The position numbers and the translations under genes were made by a program. From Octopus vulgaris (Eukaryota): DNA of 64,000 nucleotides. Location: positions 64,666,001-64,730,000 of the forward strand of contig OX597831.1 in assembly GCA_951406725.2 (NCBI GenBank). Reading direction: 5' to 3'. Position 1 is the stretch's first letter; every line of letters begins with the position of its first letter. The notes below the pieces were generated by a model that saw only the letters and a list, made by a program, of their open reading frames with translations, did not search any database and was not told the origin of the DNA. Below, one piece after another: positions 14,301-28,400 of this stretch.

Positions 14301-17300
14301 GAAAGTAATATGATTAAGAATTAATTTACCTAATTATTTCTAATATTGCTATCATTTAATAAATATTTAAGGAAAACTTACAAAAGTTTACATGTGGTTA
14401 TGTCAGATTTTTGGTTAAAGTGATAAATCTAATTAACAGAAGCAATAGCAACATCAAATAGAATTGACAGCTAACGAGGGTTTATATCTCCATTAATTAG
14501 AAAAGAGTGTAAGTCTAAGAGAGTGTAAGTCTAAGTTAGTGGCACAAATTAAAGGGAAAATACTTGTGGTATCACAAGTACACACATGAATACACACAAA
14601 CACACACAACTGATATATATATATATATATATTTTGAATTTAAGTGGGAGAAAAATGACACCTAGCAAGGCCAAGAGAAGCTGCAAGTGCCGAACATACC
14701 TGTAGCCCGGCATATTGGGATTCATTAGACGGGGACAACTGGAAGTGGAAATAAACTAAAGCATAAAACATAACCTAAAAAGTCAAATAAATTCTACACT
14801 CTCCTCTCTTCTTTTGGCAGTCATGGATTTTCAAACATTAACAAAAATATATGAATAGTGACAATTAAATTCAATAACTGTGTCAAAAATTACAGATTTC
14901 TAAATGTCTATGAAACACACAGACAACAATATTACATTATAGGAAATATATAAAGTAAGATGCAGTTGAAATAGAAATGAAAGATAAAAAGGAAGGTAAG
15001 GTTATACATACATTTATAGTGCCCCACTCATCTGGTTGAGAGGAAGTCTGGAAATGAACTATCACATTAGGATTGTGCATTACAATGGTTTCTCCGCCAG
15101 GAAATTCAAGTTTTTTATGCCATAAATTGTTAAAAATAGCATTTTTATATTCTTCCTGGAAATACAAAGAAAAAATATGCCTTTTTGATCTGTTAATTGA
15201 AACGCCCAATATCGATAAGTATCGGTGCACCACAGAAATTTGGGGCCCAAAAGTGTATCTAGCACACGCACAACCACACACACACACACACAATGGGCTT
15301 CTTTTAGTTTCTGTTTCAGAAACCCACTCAAAAGGTTTTGGTCAACCTGGGATTCATTTACAACAGCATAAAATTCAGAAAAGAAATTTGTAAAATAAAA
15401 ATTCACCTCAAGTTTTTGAGCGAATGCTTCAGTATAAGGCACATATTTGTTGTCTCCTTCTCGCTTGTAAAACCAAGTACTTCGACGGACATGGGTATGA
15501 TCTTCGCTCCAATAGACAGCTTTACGAATCCTCTGATCCACTTGAATGTCATAACGGCCACCATCAGTGGCAACCACCTCACCGTCAGCACAACCTGTGG
15601 TTCAGAAATTATAAATATAAATAATTACCATTTGTTGGGTTGGATATACTGGGAGACATAGATGCAGGTAGAGCTGAGAACACTTCTGAACATGTTAAAA
15701 TCAAAACTCTAAAACAGTGGTTCTAAACTGGGGGTCTGTATAAGATTTTGTTGTTAAAATCTATGTGCAATAAAATTGCTTTTAGTTCTACAAATACATA
15801 AAACATTTTTTTTAGACAATTCCTAATAATATTTAATTATAAAAATACAGTAGGATTTTTCCATGTCCATTGAATGGTTATGGAGGCCCAGAAGAGTAAA
15901 ATAGGAATTAAAGGGGTCCACAGGCAAAAAGAATGGTTGAGAAGCACTACTCAAAAACAACATGTAGCTAGATTGTAGACAATTATGAAAATCCTCCAAA
16001 GAGGCATTAATATATTTACCATTCTGGAATGCATTCTCCAGCCTAATTGAATCAACAATTGAAAATGGGAACCAAACTTCACGGTTTTCAATTCTTTTGC
16101 AAAAACACCAATGGGCTTGAACCGGCTGGTAAAACGAAGCGTTGCAATCCACTGGTGGTTGGTAATTAACAGATGTCATTTGTTGGCTTTGATGAAACAT
16201 ACTGGGATCAGAGGAAGTAGTTGCGTACATGGGCATTTCTCCGACTTTGGGAGGAGGACCTACTTGTGACTGGGCCCTATAGCTCTTTGGATGTGCAGGA
16301 GAGTAAGTTTCAGCTGGTGGTGGAGCGTATCGTAAAGGGCCCTTTTGTCTGTATCTGTTGGGAGTTGAAGCTGAAAATAAAGTTAAAAAAAAAGAGAAAA
16401 AAAAAGCTAGTCACTGAAATACTAAAAGTCTACAAACCTTCCTTTAGAAGATTAAATAATAGTGTTTAATATTTTAGAAGATTAAATAACAGTTTACAGA
16501 TATCAGGCGCAGGAGTGGCTGTGTGGTAAGTAGCTTGTTTACCAACCACATGGTTCCGGGTTCAGTCCCACTGCGTGGCACCTTGGGCAAGTATCTTCTA
16601 TTATAGGCTCAGGCCAACCAAAGCCTTGTGAGTGGATTTGGTAGACGGAAACTGAAAGAAGCCCGTCGTATATATGTGTGTATATGAGTTTGTGTTTGTC
16701 CCCCTAGCATTGCTTGACAACCGATGCTGGTGTGTTTATGTCCCCCGTTACTTAGCGGTTCGGCAAAAGAGACCGATAGAATAAGTACTGGGCTTACAAA
16801 AGAATAAGTCCCAGGGTCGAGTTGCTCGATTAAAGGCGGTGCACCAGCATGGCCGCAGTCAAATGACTGAAACAAGTAAAAGAGTAAGAGTAAAGAGTAT
16901 TAGTGTCAAATTTTGGCACAAGGTCAGCAATTTTATGGGAGGGGGGGAGTCAATTTCATTGACCCCCAGAGTTCAACTTGTACTAATTTTATCGACCCCA
17001 AAAGAATGAAAGGCAAAGTTGACCTTGGTGGAACTTGAACTAAGAACAAAAAGATGTACAAAATGCTGTTAAGCATTTTGCCCAGCACGCTAACGATTCT
17101 GCCAGCTCACCACCTTAATAGTTTACTGATATTAGCATCCATATGTTTTATCTAGATTCTGTCATGGCCACAAGCAAAACTAATTAAATAATAATGAAGG
17201 GTTGTTTGCCTATGTTGCACTGTTATGTCAGCTGTTTCATCTAAATATGAAATCCTATCTTATTACAAACTTGCTTCTGATCTATGTTTATGAATGTGAC

Positions 17301-20300
17301 ACAAATCTCAACAAATGATATCAGGCAATCTTTTTTCTTTTTTTTTTACAGACAGATACAAAAACAATTATTATGAAATAATTCTGAGATGTTTTCAATT
17401 AAGTTATGTTAACTTACTACAACGGTCATAAAAAAAAAAACAATAATAATTATGCAGAGAAGAAAAAGCAATATTAGTTAATGGTTCCGGGTTCAGTCCC
17501 ACTGCGTGGCACCTTGGGCAAGTGTCTTCTACTATAGCCTCGGGCCGACCAAAGCCTTGCGGGTGAATTTGGTAGACGGAAACCGAGAGAAGCCCGTCGT
17601 ATATCTGTATATGTATGTATGCATGTGTGTGTGTTTGTGTGTGTCTCGCCAACATCGCTTGACAACCGATGTTGGTGTGTTTGCGTCCCCGTAACTTAGC
17701 AATTCGGCAAAAGAGACCGATAGATTAAGTACTAGGCTTACAAAGAATAAGTCCTGGGGTCGATGTGCTCGACTAAAGGCGGTGCTCCAGCATGGCCACA
17801 GTCAAATGACTGAAACAAGTAAAAGAGAGTAAAGAGTCAGCCTGAAACTGTAATAAAAAAAAAAAGGCACTTGCCCTACGAGGTGACACACAGAAAGATG
17901 AACCCCAAAGCTAAGTGATTTCAAAGGCAACTTTTTAACCATTACATATATGTGAGACAGGCTTCAGCATAGAGAGTTGCTGAAGCATGGAACAAACTGC
18001 CGGCATCAGTCGTTAGTTGTTGGAGCACTGCATCCTTCAAAACTTCCATGCTTCCTGAGATTCGCCAACACTACACCTGATTTTCTCCCCTCCATACACA
18101 CACAAGCATGTATCTGACTGCATATACTTTATATGCACTTTTTGACAAGTTGTGGTGCACCTGAGCACTGTATACAATAATTTCATTATTATTATTATTA
18201 TAAATTTCACTTACAAGGCATTGTCAACCTGAGGTTTGGGCAAAAGACATTTATCAAAAGTACTGCAGTGGGATCAAACCCAGGATCAATACAGCCATGC
18301 CCATGCTTGTATATAAAATATATATTCAAATTTTAAATAAAATTTTTATTTCTTTTTAAATGAAAGTGGTGCTAAAAAAACGCTCAAAATCAAAAACAAC
18401 AAATAAATGAATTATCATGCAAGTTATTGAACCAATGACTGTGTTATATGTTGGATTATAGGTAAATAAGTCTTACTAGCTTCTGGTGAACTAACTGCAA
18501 CAAAAGATGACATAGATGGTGGTTTGCTCCTGTCTGGTATGGTACTTGTTGTAACAGGATCGGGAGGCTTTTGAGGAACAGATGGCATATTTGGAAAAGA
18601 AGCTGATGTAAACATTACAGGAGCATCCGTCTTTGGAATGGTCTTCTGTTGTGACGTAGAAGGAAGATTGTGACCAACTTGTGAGAAAGGGTCTACACTT
18701 GCAGAATTAGATTGTTGAAACATATTAAAAGGGCTTGCTTGCTGACTGGCTGAAGAAGTGGCATTTTCTGGTACATTCTGTCCAACAAAGCTATCAGCCT
18801 CTGCCTCCTCATCTGCATTAAAAAAAAAATTTGAAACTTCATATAATAATAATAATAATAATACAAAACAGATAATTCATCACTGTATCTTTTATTAAAC
18901 TACCACCCAAATGGTTTTCTCGTTGTCTGCTTTGGTAAAGAATTGGGTTGTATTCAGAGAGTCAAATATTTTCATACATGGTATAGATTTCTTTGTTACA
19001 ATGTTGTTCCTATCCTTACTAATTAGAGTATTATGGTTGTTCATATCATTATAGTAAATTATCTTATTTTGATTATTCCTGTTTTCTCTGTTTGTTGCTT
19101 GAATGTTCCTATTTTAATCTTTAATTATAGTTATGGGCTATGTTGCCACCATTTATAGGTTTGTTCACATTAATGTAGTTAGGACGGTGGTAATTATTAA
19201 GGTTTATAAACAGAATTGGGTTGAAGTGTTTCCAGGGCATTGACAAAGAGGGAAGATTTGGTATTTCGGGTTAATGTCTACGGGGCATTGATCTAGGTGC
19301 TTGCTTACGGGAATTTTCCTAGTCATGGGGTACTGGATTTGTTGCCTATGCACAGTAAGTCTATCCTTTAAAGTAAGTCTATCCTTTAAAGTTAAGCTAG
19401 TTTGACCTATGTACTCTCCACCACACCCTCCACATTTGAGAACATAGATTAAGTTCTTCGAAGCACAGGTGAAGTGATTTTTTTATGGTAAAAATTCGAC
19501 CTGACTTAAATTTGTATGTTGAACCCTCTAAAAGGAAGATGCAAGTTCCGTGGTTAGGGCGGTTGCACTTTTTGACTAGTGGGGTTGTATTTTTGGTGGG
19601 TAATTTGGTGCTGGTGAGTAACTTTTTTAGGGATTGTGGTTATCTCTTGCTTTTAATAATCCTGTGTGTTTCCAGTGCCTTTTTCATTCACGGGTCCTTC
19701 ATAAGGAGGGTTATGTTTTAGTGGATGATGTTATATGCTTCAATGTTCCTTGGATGGTGTGTTGATATGTAAGATAAAGTTTTAAGTGTATCTTACAGTG
19801 CACAGCAACAAATCAGAGACCCCACAACTAGGAAAATTCCAGTAAGCAAGCACTTAGACCAATGCCCTGTAAGACATCTTCCCTCTCTATCAATGCCCTG
19901 GAAACACTTCAACCTAATTCCGTTTAAATAAGGAAAGCATACTCATTAAAAAATATAAACCACAGCTGAGTATCCTTTAGAAAGAAGGAAAAAGCAGTCA
20001 AAAGAAAAAGGAAAGAAGACTCAATTTCTCCACAAAAAATAACCAGGAACAATAAACAATTTTTAAAAATCTTTAATAACAGTCTTCCACCCGAGTTTTG
20101 AAACCGCAACTCCGACTCACCATACAGACAAGAGTTGCTGGCATCACCTACCTCTAGGCCAATAAAATTTTACAAACACCAGTTGCTGACATCACCTAAC
20201 TCTAGACCAATCAAAATCGAACTTCAGCAAATACGAAATGACCCTTTAAGAGAATCGACCAACTGGAACCACAGGGAAGCCAACCAGGCAGAATGACAAA

Positions 20301-22421
20301 CTTGACCACTGGAACAACAAGACGTCACCAGTATTTTAACGAATCAAAAATCGGATCCGCTCGCACAAAAAATTATAAATACACCTGATTCCAAAACGTA
20401 CCACTACAAGCGAAACCGTCTATGGAAAGAGGATCAGAGAAACTGTAAGCCAAATTCCCTTTTTTTTATTATCTTCATTCCTCCCTTGTTTTTTTCCCCT
20501 CTTCTTAACTCAGTATGACTGAAAATTTGATGATACTCATTTCTTGTCGATTACTACTAACATTAATGAGCTCTGTACATTCAAACAAACTGAAGTACAG
20601 TTTTAATATTATTGACTACTATGAACAATAAACTTGTCAACAATGAAATGCCTGTACCTGTCCTCCTAATTCATAATTCTAAATTTGTCAGTTATGAACA
20701 ATTTAATCTGTCAACACTGAAACATTTTTACTTCTCAACATTGAAATTTTCAAAGTTGTTTTTCTCATTTATAATTTTAAACTTTTACCATTAATAAACA
20801 AAAAATATTGTTGAAACTAGTTTGGTATGCATGTAAATAGTACATATACATGGTCTAGACAAGATGCAGTTTGGGTTTGTTCCAGGGAAAAGCACCATTG
20901 ATGCTATATTTCTGGTAAGACAGCTGCAAGATAAATACCTAGCCAAAGATAAACCCCCATACCTGGCTTTCGTTGATATGGAGAAAGCCTTTGACAGGGT
21001 CTCCTGATCCCTTATCTTGTGATCAATGAGGAAACTAGGAATAGATGAATGGTTAAACACTGTCAGGAAGGTGAGTGTTGGCAACGAGTACAGTGAAGGA
21101 TTCCAGGTAGAGGTCCACCAAGGTTTAGTCCTCAGCTCCCTCCTATTTATCATAATCCTCCAGGCAATAACAGAGGAATTCAAGACAGGCTGCCCCTGGG
21201 AGCTCCTCTATGCTGATGACCTTGCTCTTATGAAGGAAGACATTAAACGATGATGATAATGATGATATATAAGTCATGAAGAAGACTATAGTGACAGAAA
21301 AAAAAAAGCAAAGGCAGCACATAATAGCTTCTTATACTGGGAGGATAGCTTAGGGAGGTTGGTGGATAGGCATTTATCGAGGATATTATTTTTCTACAAA
21401 AACTTATGTGGTTTAACAAATAGATACACATACAGCAAAATCAAGCATCATCAGTAGGTTTCCTTGCAACAGTAATAATAATGATAGCAATCTTAGAAAT
21501 TGGAATTATAATCCAGGATGGTCATCTTAAAAGAAAACTACCTCAATAAGTTTCATCTTACAAATATATCAGAATGATGGAAATGTGGACATTAAAACAA
21601 TAATGATGAAGAGTATATATATATATATATATATACTCTTTTACATGCTTCAGTCATTTGACTGCGGTCATGCTGGAGCACTGCCTTTAGTCGAGCAAAT
21701 CAACCCCAGGACTTATTCTTTGTAAGCCTAGTACTTATTCTATCAGTCTCTTCTGCCGAACTGCTAAGTTACAGGGACCTAAACACACCACCATCGGTTG
21801 TCAAGTGATGTTGGGGGGACAAACACAGATGTACAAACATATACACACACATACATACATATATATATATATATCCATATATACGACAGGCTTCTTTTAG
21901 TTTCCATCTACCAAATCCACTCATAAGGTTTTGGTCAACTCGAGGCTATAGTAGAAGACACTTGCTCGAGGTGCCATGCAGTGGGACTGAACCCAGAACC
22001 ATGTGGTTGGTAAACAAGCTACTTACCACACAGCCACTCCTGCGCCTATATATATATAAACATAATACATAATTTAAACAAATATTTTTATCAGCATCCT
22101 CTCTGTCACCAGGTATAATCTGCGTCTGCGCAGTGGTTTGAAAAGTTAGGATATACAAAACCATTAGTTCTACGTGTGGGTCTGGCTGTCTGTATGTCTG
22201 AAATCTAAAGGCTATCCCACGGATGAAAACTGGCCTTCAGCGAATATTTTTTTGCTAGAAATAGTTAGAAACCATGGTCTGGGAAATAGTTGAGATGGTA
22301 AACGTTTTTAATTTTCATTCCTTTAGAGAATTTATCCTATTTTTGTGGTCTTTGAGATTTCTACTGCTCTTTCTAGCACAATGCTTTCCTATTTGGAAGC
22401 CTCTTATTGTATTTATATTTA

Positions 22422-22480
<59 letters not shown>

Positions 22481-25400
22481 AAATGAAATAAACACAAAAA
22501 CAATTATAACTTTTCAACAATTAAGTCCACTTAAATCCAGTGAAAACTGAGAACTATGTCAGCCTTCAAATCAAATTCTTTAAATTCCATAAAGCTGACA
22601 ATCAGTTGAAATGTCATACTGTTACTATCACATCATCCCTATGGTACAACTAATCAGCAACTTTGTTGGTCAACTAAAAAAACTCAAAACTAAATCAACA
22701 TAAGCTCTAAATGTATGTTCTGAAAACTCTTTCGCCCTGCATCGTTCAGGTCACCTGCGATGGACCAGGGTCCCATCCAGGTTGGGAACCTATACGCCAA
22801 GAAACCAGGAAACCAGCCCGTATGAGCCAGACATGGCTCGAGAAGGAACAAAAATAAAAAACGAAATGAGAAATGCAGCCGGATTTGTGAAGATAGTGAC
22901 AATATTTGAATGCTTACACTGTATATAGTGCTGGCTTGGATGCTGGAAAATATGGCCAACACAGTGTTGTAACCCTTTGAGATAGCGTTTTTTAACCTGG
23001 GTTATCTTCAAGACTCCCCCTTCACCTCCCACATGGGGTGATATAAGCTAACAAAGAAACAGCAAATGTCAAAATGTGCTGCATGTTTAGAAAGGACATG
23101 ATTTTGCTTTAAAATCAAATATTCAAATCAGATACATTTCTTATATTTTAAACACATTTTTTAAAAACTCTGCATCAGGATTAGAATATCAGTGACGTTG
23201 GGTTAACAGTGAGGTGAAACATTAACTGATGGTATGCCTGGCGAGCTGGCAGAAACATTAGCACGCCAAGCAAAATGCGGAGCCGTATTTCGTCTGCCAT
23301 TATGTTCTGAGTTCAAATTCCGCCGAGGTTGACTTTGCCTTTCATCCTTTCGGAGTCGATAAATTAAGTACCAGTTGCGCACTGGGGTTGATGTAATCAA
23401 CTTAATACCTATGTCTGTCCTTGTTTGTCCCCTCTAATGTTTAGCCCCTTGTGGGTAATAAAGAAATAGGTATGCCTATGTCCAACATTCACAATTTGCT
23501 TCCAAATCTGAAAGCGTAGCAGCTAGAATAAGAATAGTTGAGCAAAGTTCAGAGAGCTCCTACCTCTGTTGGCAACTAAGGGCCTCTCGCTCAAGATGAA
23601 AGGTAGACTGTATGATGCATGTATGCGAAATACCATGCTACACAGCAGTGAAACATGGGCCATAACTGCTGAGGACATGCGTAGGCTTGAAAGAAATGAA
23701 GCTAGTATGGTCCGCTGGATGTGTAATGCCAGTGTGCATACATGACAGAGTGTAAGCACACTGAGATAAAAGTTGGACATAAGAAGCATCAAATGTGATG
23801 TGCAAGAGAGACGACTGCACTGGTATGATCATGTGTTACGTATGGATGAGGACAGCTGTGTGAGGAAGTGTCACACCCTAACAATGGAAGGAACCTGTGG
23901 AAGAAGTAGACCCAGGAAGACATGGAATGAAGTGGTGAAGCATGACCTTTGAATGTTGAACCTCAGAGGCAATGCCAGGAGACCAAGACCTTTGGAGATA
24001 TGTTGTGATTGAGAAGACCCGGCAACTAAAGTGAGATCGCAGCCATGGCCAATGTTGCATGTCCGGCCCATTTAACTTTTAAATGACCTGTTGGCTGATA
24101 TATGCTTGAGAAGACCTGTTGTGTCAAGTAAAACCAAAATCGTAGCTGTGGTCAGTGCCCCCTGACTGGCTCCTGTTTCAGTAGCATGTAAAAAGCACCA
24201 TCTGAACGTGGTTGATGCCATGCTGCCTGACTGGCTCCTGTGCCAGTGGCACATAAAAAGCATCATCCGAATGTGGCTGATGCCAGTGACCCCTGACTGG
24301 CTCCTGTGCTGGTGGCATGTAAAAAGCGCTATCCAAACGTGATCGATGCCAGGGCCACCTGACTGACTCCTGTGCCGGTGGCATGTAAACAGCACCCACT
24401 ATACTCTCGGTGTGGTTGGCATTAGGAAGGGCATCCAGCCGTAGAAACATTGCAAGATCAGATTGGAGACCGGTGTAGCTGCTGGCTTTCCAGACCTCAA
24501 ACCATCCAACCCATGCCAGCATGGAAAACAGACATTAGATGATGATGATATATTGGTATGCAATTTTAAGATCCAAGGATCTAGGTGTAGTAAGTTAGTA
24601 AGCTTCAAGCAGTTCATAGTAGGCAGAAAGAAACAACTTTCAAGAACAATAATAGTTTATTGGTGTAGAAGGTTGTAGGTTTTTCTCATATCAAAGTTTG
24701 ATAACCTGTAAAAAGTTATTCTACAGTTCACAGTTAGTATTTAGGGCTGCTATGAATGCAAATTAAAATCCAAAGAGAGGAAATGGGGGCAGGTAAAATC
24801 CAGGCTCCGTATGTTTCCTAGCTAGCAGAACCTGAGAAGTAATGATTACTACTCAACAAGGAGTACTCCACTAGCTATTCATCAGGTCAAGGGATCCTGA
24901 GTTAACTTGCAGGAGATGTGATTTAAAATGCTTAGCCTTCATTTAACTAAGGTATCTTCAGCTTGATGAGTAGCAAGGAAACATATGTGCCTGGATTTAA
25001 CCCACATCTCTTAATTTGGATATATATACATATATACATACATACATGTTTATGTAGTTGTTTTACAATATTCCTATTGTGAAATCTTGTGTTGAAACAG
25101 GTTTTTTTTTTTTTTGAGGATGGTCATGTTTTTGCCAGTTATTCACTTCACTTCAACTTTATTACTATTATTAATATTTTAGCGCCTTCTGTCTAAGCTC
25201 TTTTATCACACAAATAGAACTGGAAGAGACACGTGGGATGAAGAGTCACAGGAAAGGCTACAAGAGGTTTGATGAAAGAGCATAGACAAAGGACACTTAA
25301 AATAATAAAGCTGAAGTGAAAACCACTATATAACACATGTGTTTAATTGGCAAAAATAAGACCATTCCCAAATATAACACTAGAGATGTATATATTATTT

Positions 25401-28400
25401 GATTACACTGATATCAGTCCATCAAACGTGATGACAGCATCAATCCAAGACATTCAGCCACCACTTTGAAAGAAATGAAACTAGTATGGTCCGCTGGATG
25501 TGTAATGCCAGTGTGCATATTGTTTCTCATGAGAACAGACGACATGGCTGACAAGACGAACACAAGATCGGCAGATCCTGTGGCACTGAGAGCACCAAAC
25601 AACTGGAGGTTGATGATGATGTCTCGTCCTCTCTTCATACAGTCTCTTGCATTTGGTTTCAAAGCGCTCTACTCCAGCATCACACACAGACACCCATACC
25701 TTCTGGTTAACAGCCAGAGGTTCCAATCAATTGGGAGGGACACTGAATGAAAATAAGACTGCTTAATTACGATGATCATCAAAACGAAGTTTTGGACATC
25801 CATGAGGCCTACCTCCAGTCTCGATCTCACTGAAGAGGACCGTCTTTGGGAGCCAGTGACCAGGCATCTGAATCATATGGCTAACCCAGCAGAGAATATG
25901 ACGAAGGATACAAGCCTCAGAACTATAGCTCTCAGCCCTCAGGAGGATTTCAGTATGAGGCATCTTGTCCTTCCACACAAGACCAAGGATATTTTGGAGT
26001 GATCTGATATGGAACATTTCTAGTTGTCTGATCTAGCACCGATAAAGGGTCCAGCACTCACACCCATACAAGAGGTTGGATACACAGACTGCTTGATAAA
26101 CAAAGAGTTTTGTACTCGCTCTAAGGTTCTTGTTTTGAAAGAACAGTTTATTGAGTCTCCTGAAAGTTGCAGAGGCCAAGTTGATTCGGTGCAAGGAGTT
26201 CAGTGTCAGAGATTGTGCTTCTAAGATAGCAGGAGTCTGCTTGCAGTAGAGGAGCATCATCAATAAGAATGGGCTGAGGGAGTTGGTCAGTTTGGGAAAG
26301 CTGATTGGAGAACAAAATCTAAAACTTTGTAGATATATCCTTGTCTTCTTTAGCAATTCCATACAAATGACACGGGGAGCACTAATTCACATGAATATCA
26401 AAATAGGAGCACATGATGCATAGGCAGCATAGAAAATAGGGACAATAAACTATTGAAAAGGCTGATTGAATTTTGCCTCATTTAAAAAAAGACAAAACAT
26501 AATAAGTGAAGGGTATTTGCAAGATGTCAGCTGATGAAAAGCAGGGGGTAAGGTTGAGGTACAGAAGGTTGAGAACCACTGCCGTAGTCAATGAAAGGTT
26601 AATGTAATTATCCTAATTAGTCCCCAGCCAGTTAGACTGATGCAACATTTCAAACCTCAATAAAGGTCTGCTCCATCAGAACAGACCTGTGGTTAAATAA
26701 CAACGCAATACAATAAACAATAATCATCAAATTAACATAACTTCTCTAAAAATACAATGGCGATATGGCATTCAAAAATATAATTTTAATGTTAGTGCTC
26801 CATGATGAGGAAAATAATCTTAGCCTCGAACATGGGTATTCTTTTTGAAGACTAATATGCTCGATGACTGGCTCTATTATACATAACAACAACAACAATA
26901 ATAATCCTTTCTACTAAAGGCACAAGGCCTGCAATTTGGGGGAAGGGACGGGTCGATTGTCGACCCCAGTGTTTCACTGGTATTTAACTTGTCGACCTCA
27001 GCGGAATTTGAACTCAGAACGTAAGAAATGCCACTAATAATAATAATAAGGCCGGATATAGTAACCTTCAGGAGGGACAAACAAGAATGACTAATAATGG
27101 ACGTGACAGTGCCGGGTGATTAACATATTATGACGAAAGACAAGGTCGACAGATATGGAGACCTGAGAATTGAGATTGCCAAGATGTGGCAGTTGTGAGA
27201 GTCAAACATAAAGGTTGTCTCTGTTGTCATCGGAGCATTGGGTTCAATACCACCCAACCTGAAGGGGACACTTTAGAAATACCCTACAATCTTGGTGTAT
27301 TGCAAAAGTCGGCATTACGTGGAACTGCACGCATATTGCGTAAAGTACTGTCTGAGGTCCTTGTTGTGACTTGACAAACAGTATAAACCCCTGGAACACA
27401 CAACAGCTTCGGTAAATTTACAATATCTCCAATCTACAACTCGACTATATTGGATACTGTGTGACGTCTTCAATAATAATTAGTTCGTTTATTGGCCACA
27501 GGGGCTAACAAGAATCAATTAAAACACAAAGGGACAAAACACAGGACGAAAGTTACAAAGGGTTTTGTCCGTTTGGAAAAGTCCGTGTACAAAAGCAGGA
27601 TAACAACGAAATATAAGTAACAATTAAAACTCCCAATAGGAGGAGGCACTTCGAAAGGTTACTCGTGGAAAAACCCATAAAAGCCACGCACACATGGTCG
27701 TGATGTATATGCCTGGTGTACCCTTATCAGACGGGTATATTTGCGCTGCTCTCTCTCAATAATAATAATCGGAACCTTTTAATTGCACGTTAAGGTGTTT
27801 CTACTGAACTGATTTTCGTTATAGCTGGCCATAGTCTCAGTAAATTCTAATTATATTACATCATATAAATATGCTGCTCTAAGTAATTTTATTTTTCAAA
27901 CTTTGGCTGATAATGACGAGTTTCTGTAAGTTGTTCTTCCTTCTTAAGCTTACGTCTGCGTTAACAAAATAACTGGTGACAAGTCTTTTACTCATCATCA
28001 TAGAAAAATTAAGGTATGGTTAAGAATGCAAAAAAAAAAAGAAAGAAATAGCGTTACGGTATGCTACCGAATTATTGTACTTGTGCTAGATATTAAGAGA
28101 TGAAAGATATTTATCTTAAACACGAATTATCCATGGGAAATATGATAGGTTACGATTGGTGAATTGGCTTGTTTAACAAACCACAGTTGCCAAAACCTAA
28201 AATCTCTACACAATGTCTACAATAGTGGCCAACATCATCATCATAAGGAGGTGACTTTTCAGTTAATATGGTCAAATGACGTCGTGAATGAGTTAAATTA
28301 ATTGATACTGGATAAGATGACATCTGCGCTGCCATAGTTTGGTAAACGAAATATGACCTAATGCTGGAAGATAGAATAAAATTTCGGTTCGAGATAAGAT

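Noticed and set aside
14382-14428. 47-nt possible exon with GTAAGT donor on the minus strand
   Set aside because: Frameshifting, weak acceptor, no homology.
16505-16580. tRNA-like A/B boxes as tRNA genes
   Set aside because: They are SINE heads continuing into SINE bodies; I could not build a full cloverleaf.
24150-24395. Tandem ~58-bp repeats resembling a CRISPR-like array
   Set aside because: Degenerate tandem units without unique spacers in an RTE 3'UTR; eukaryotic context, no cas genes.
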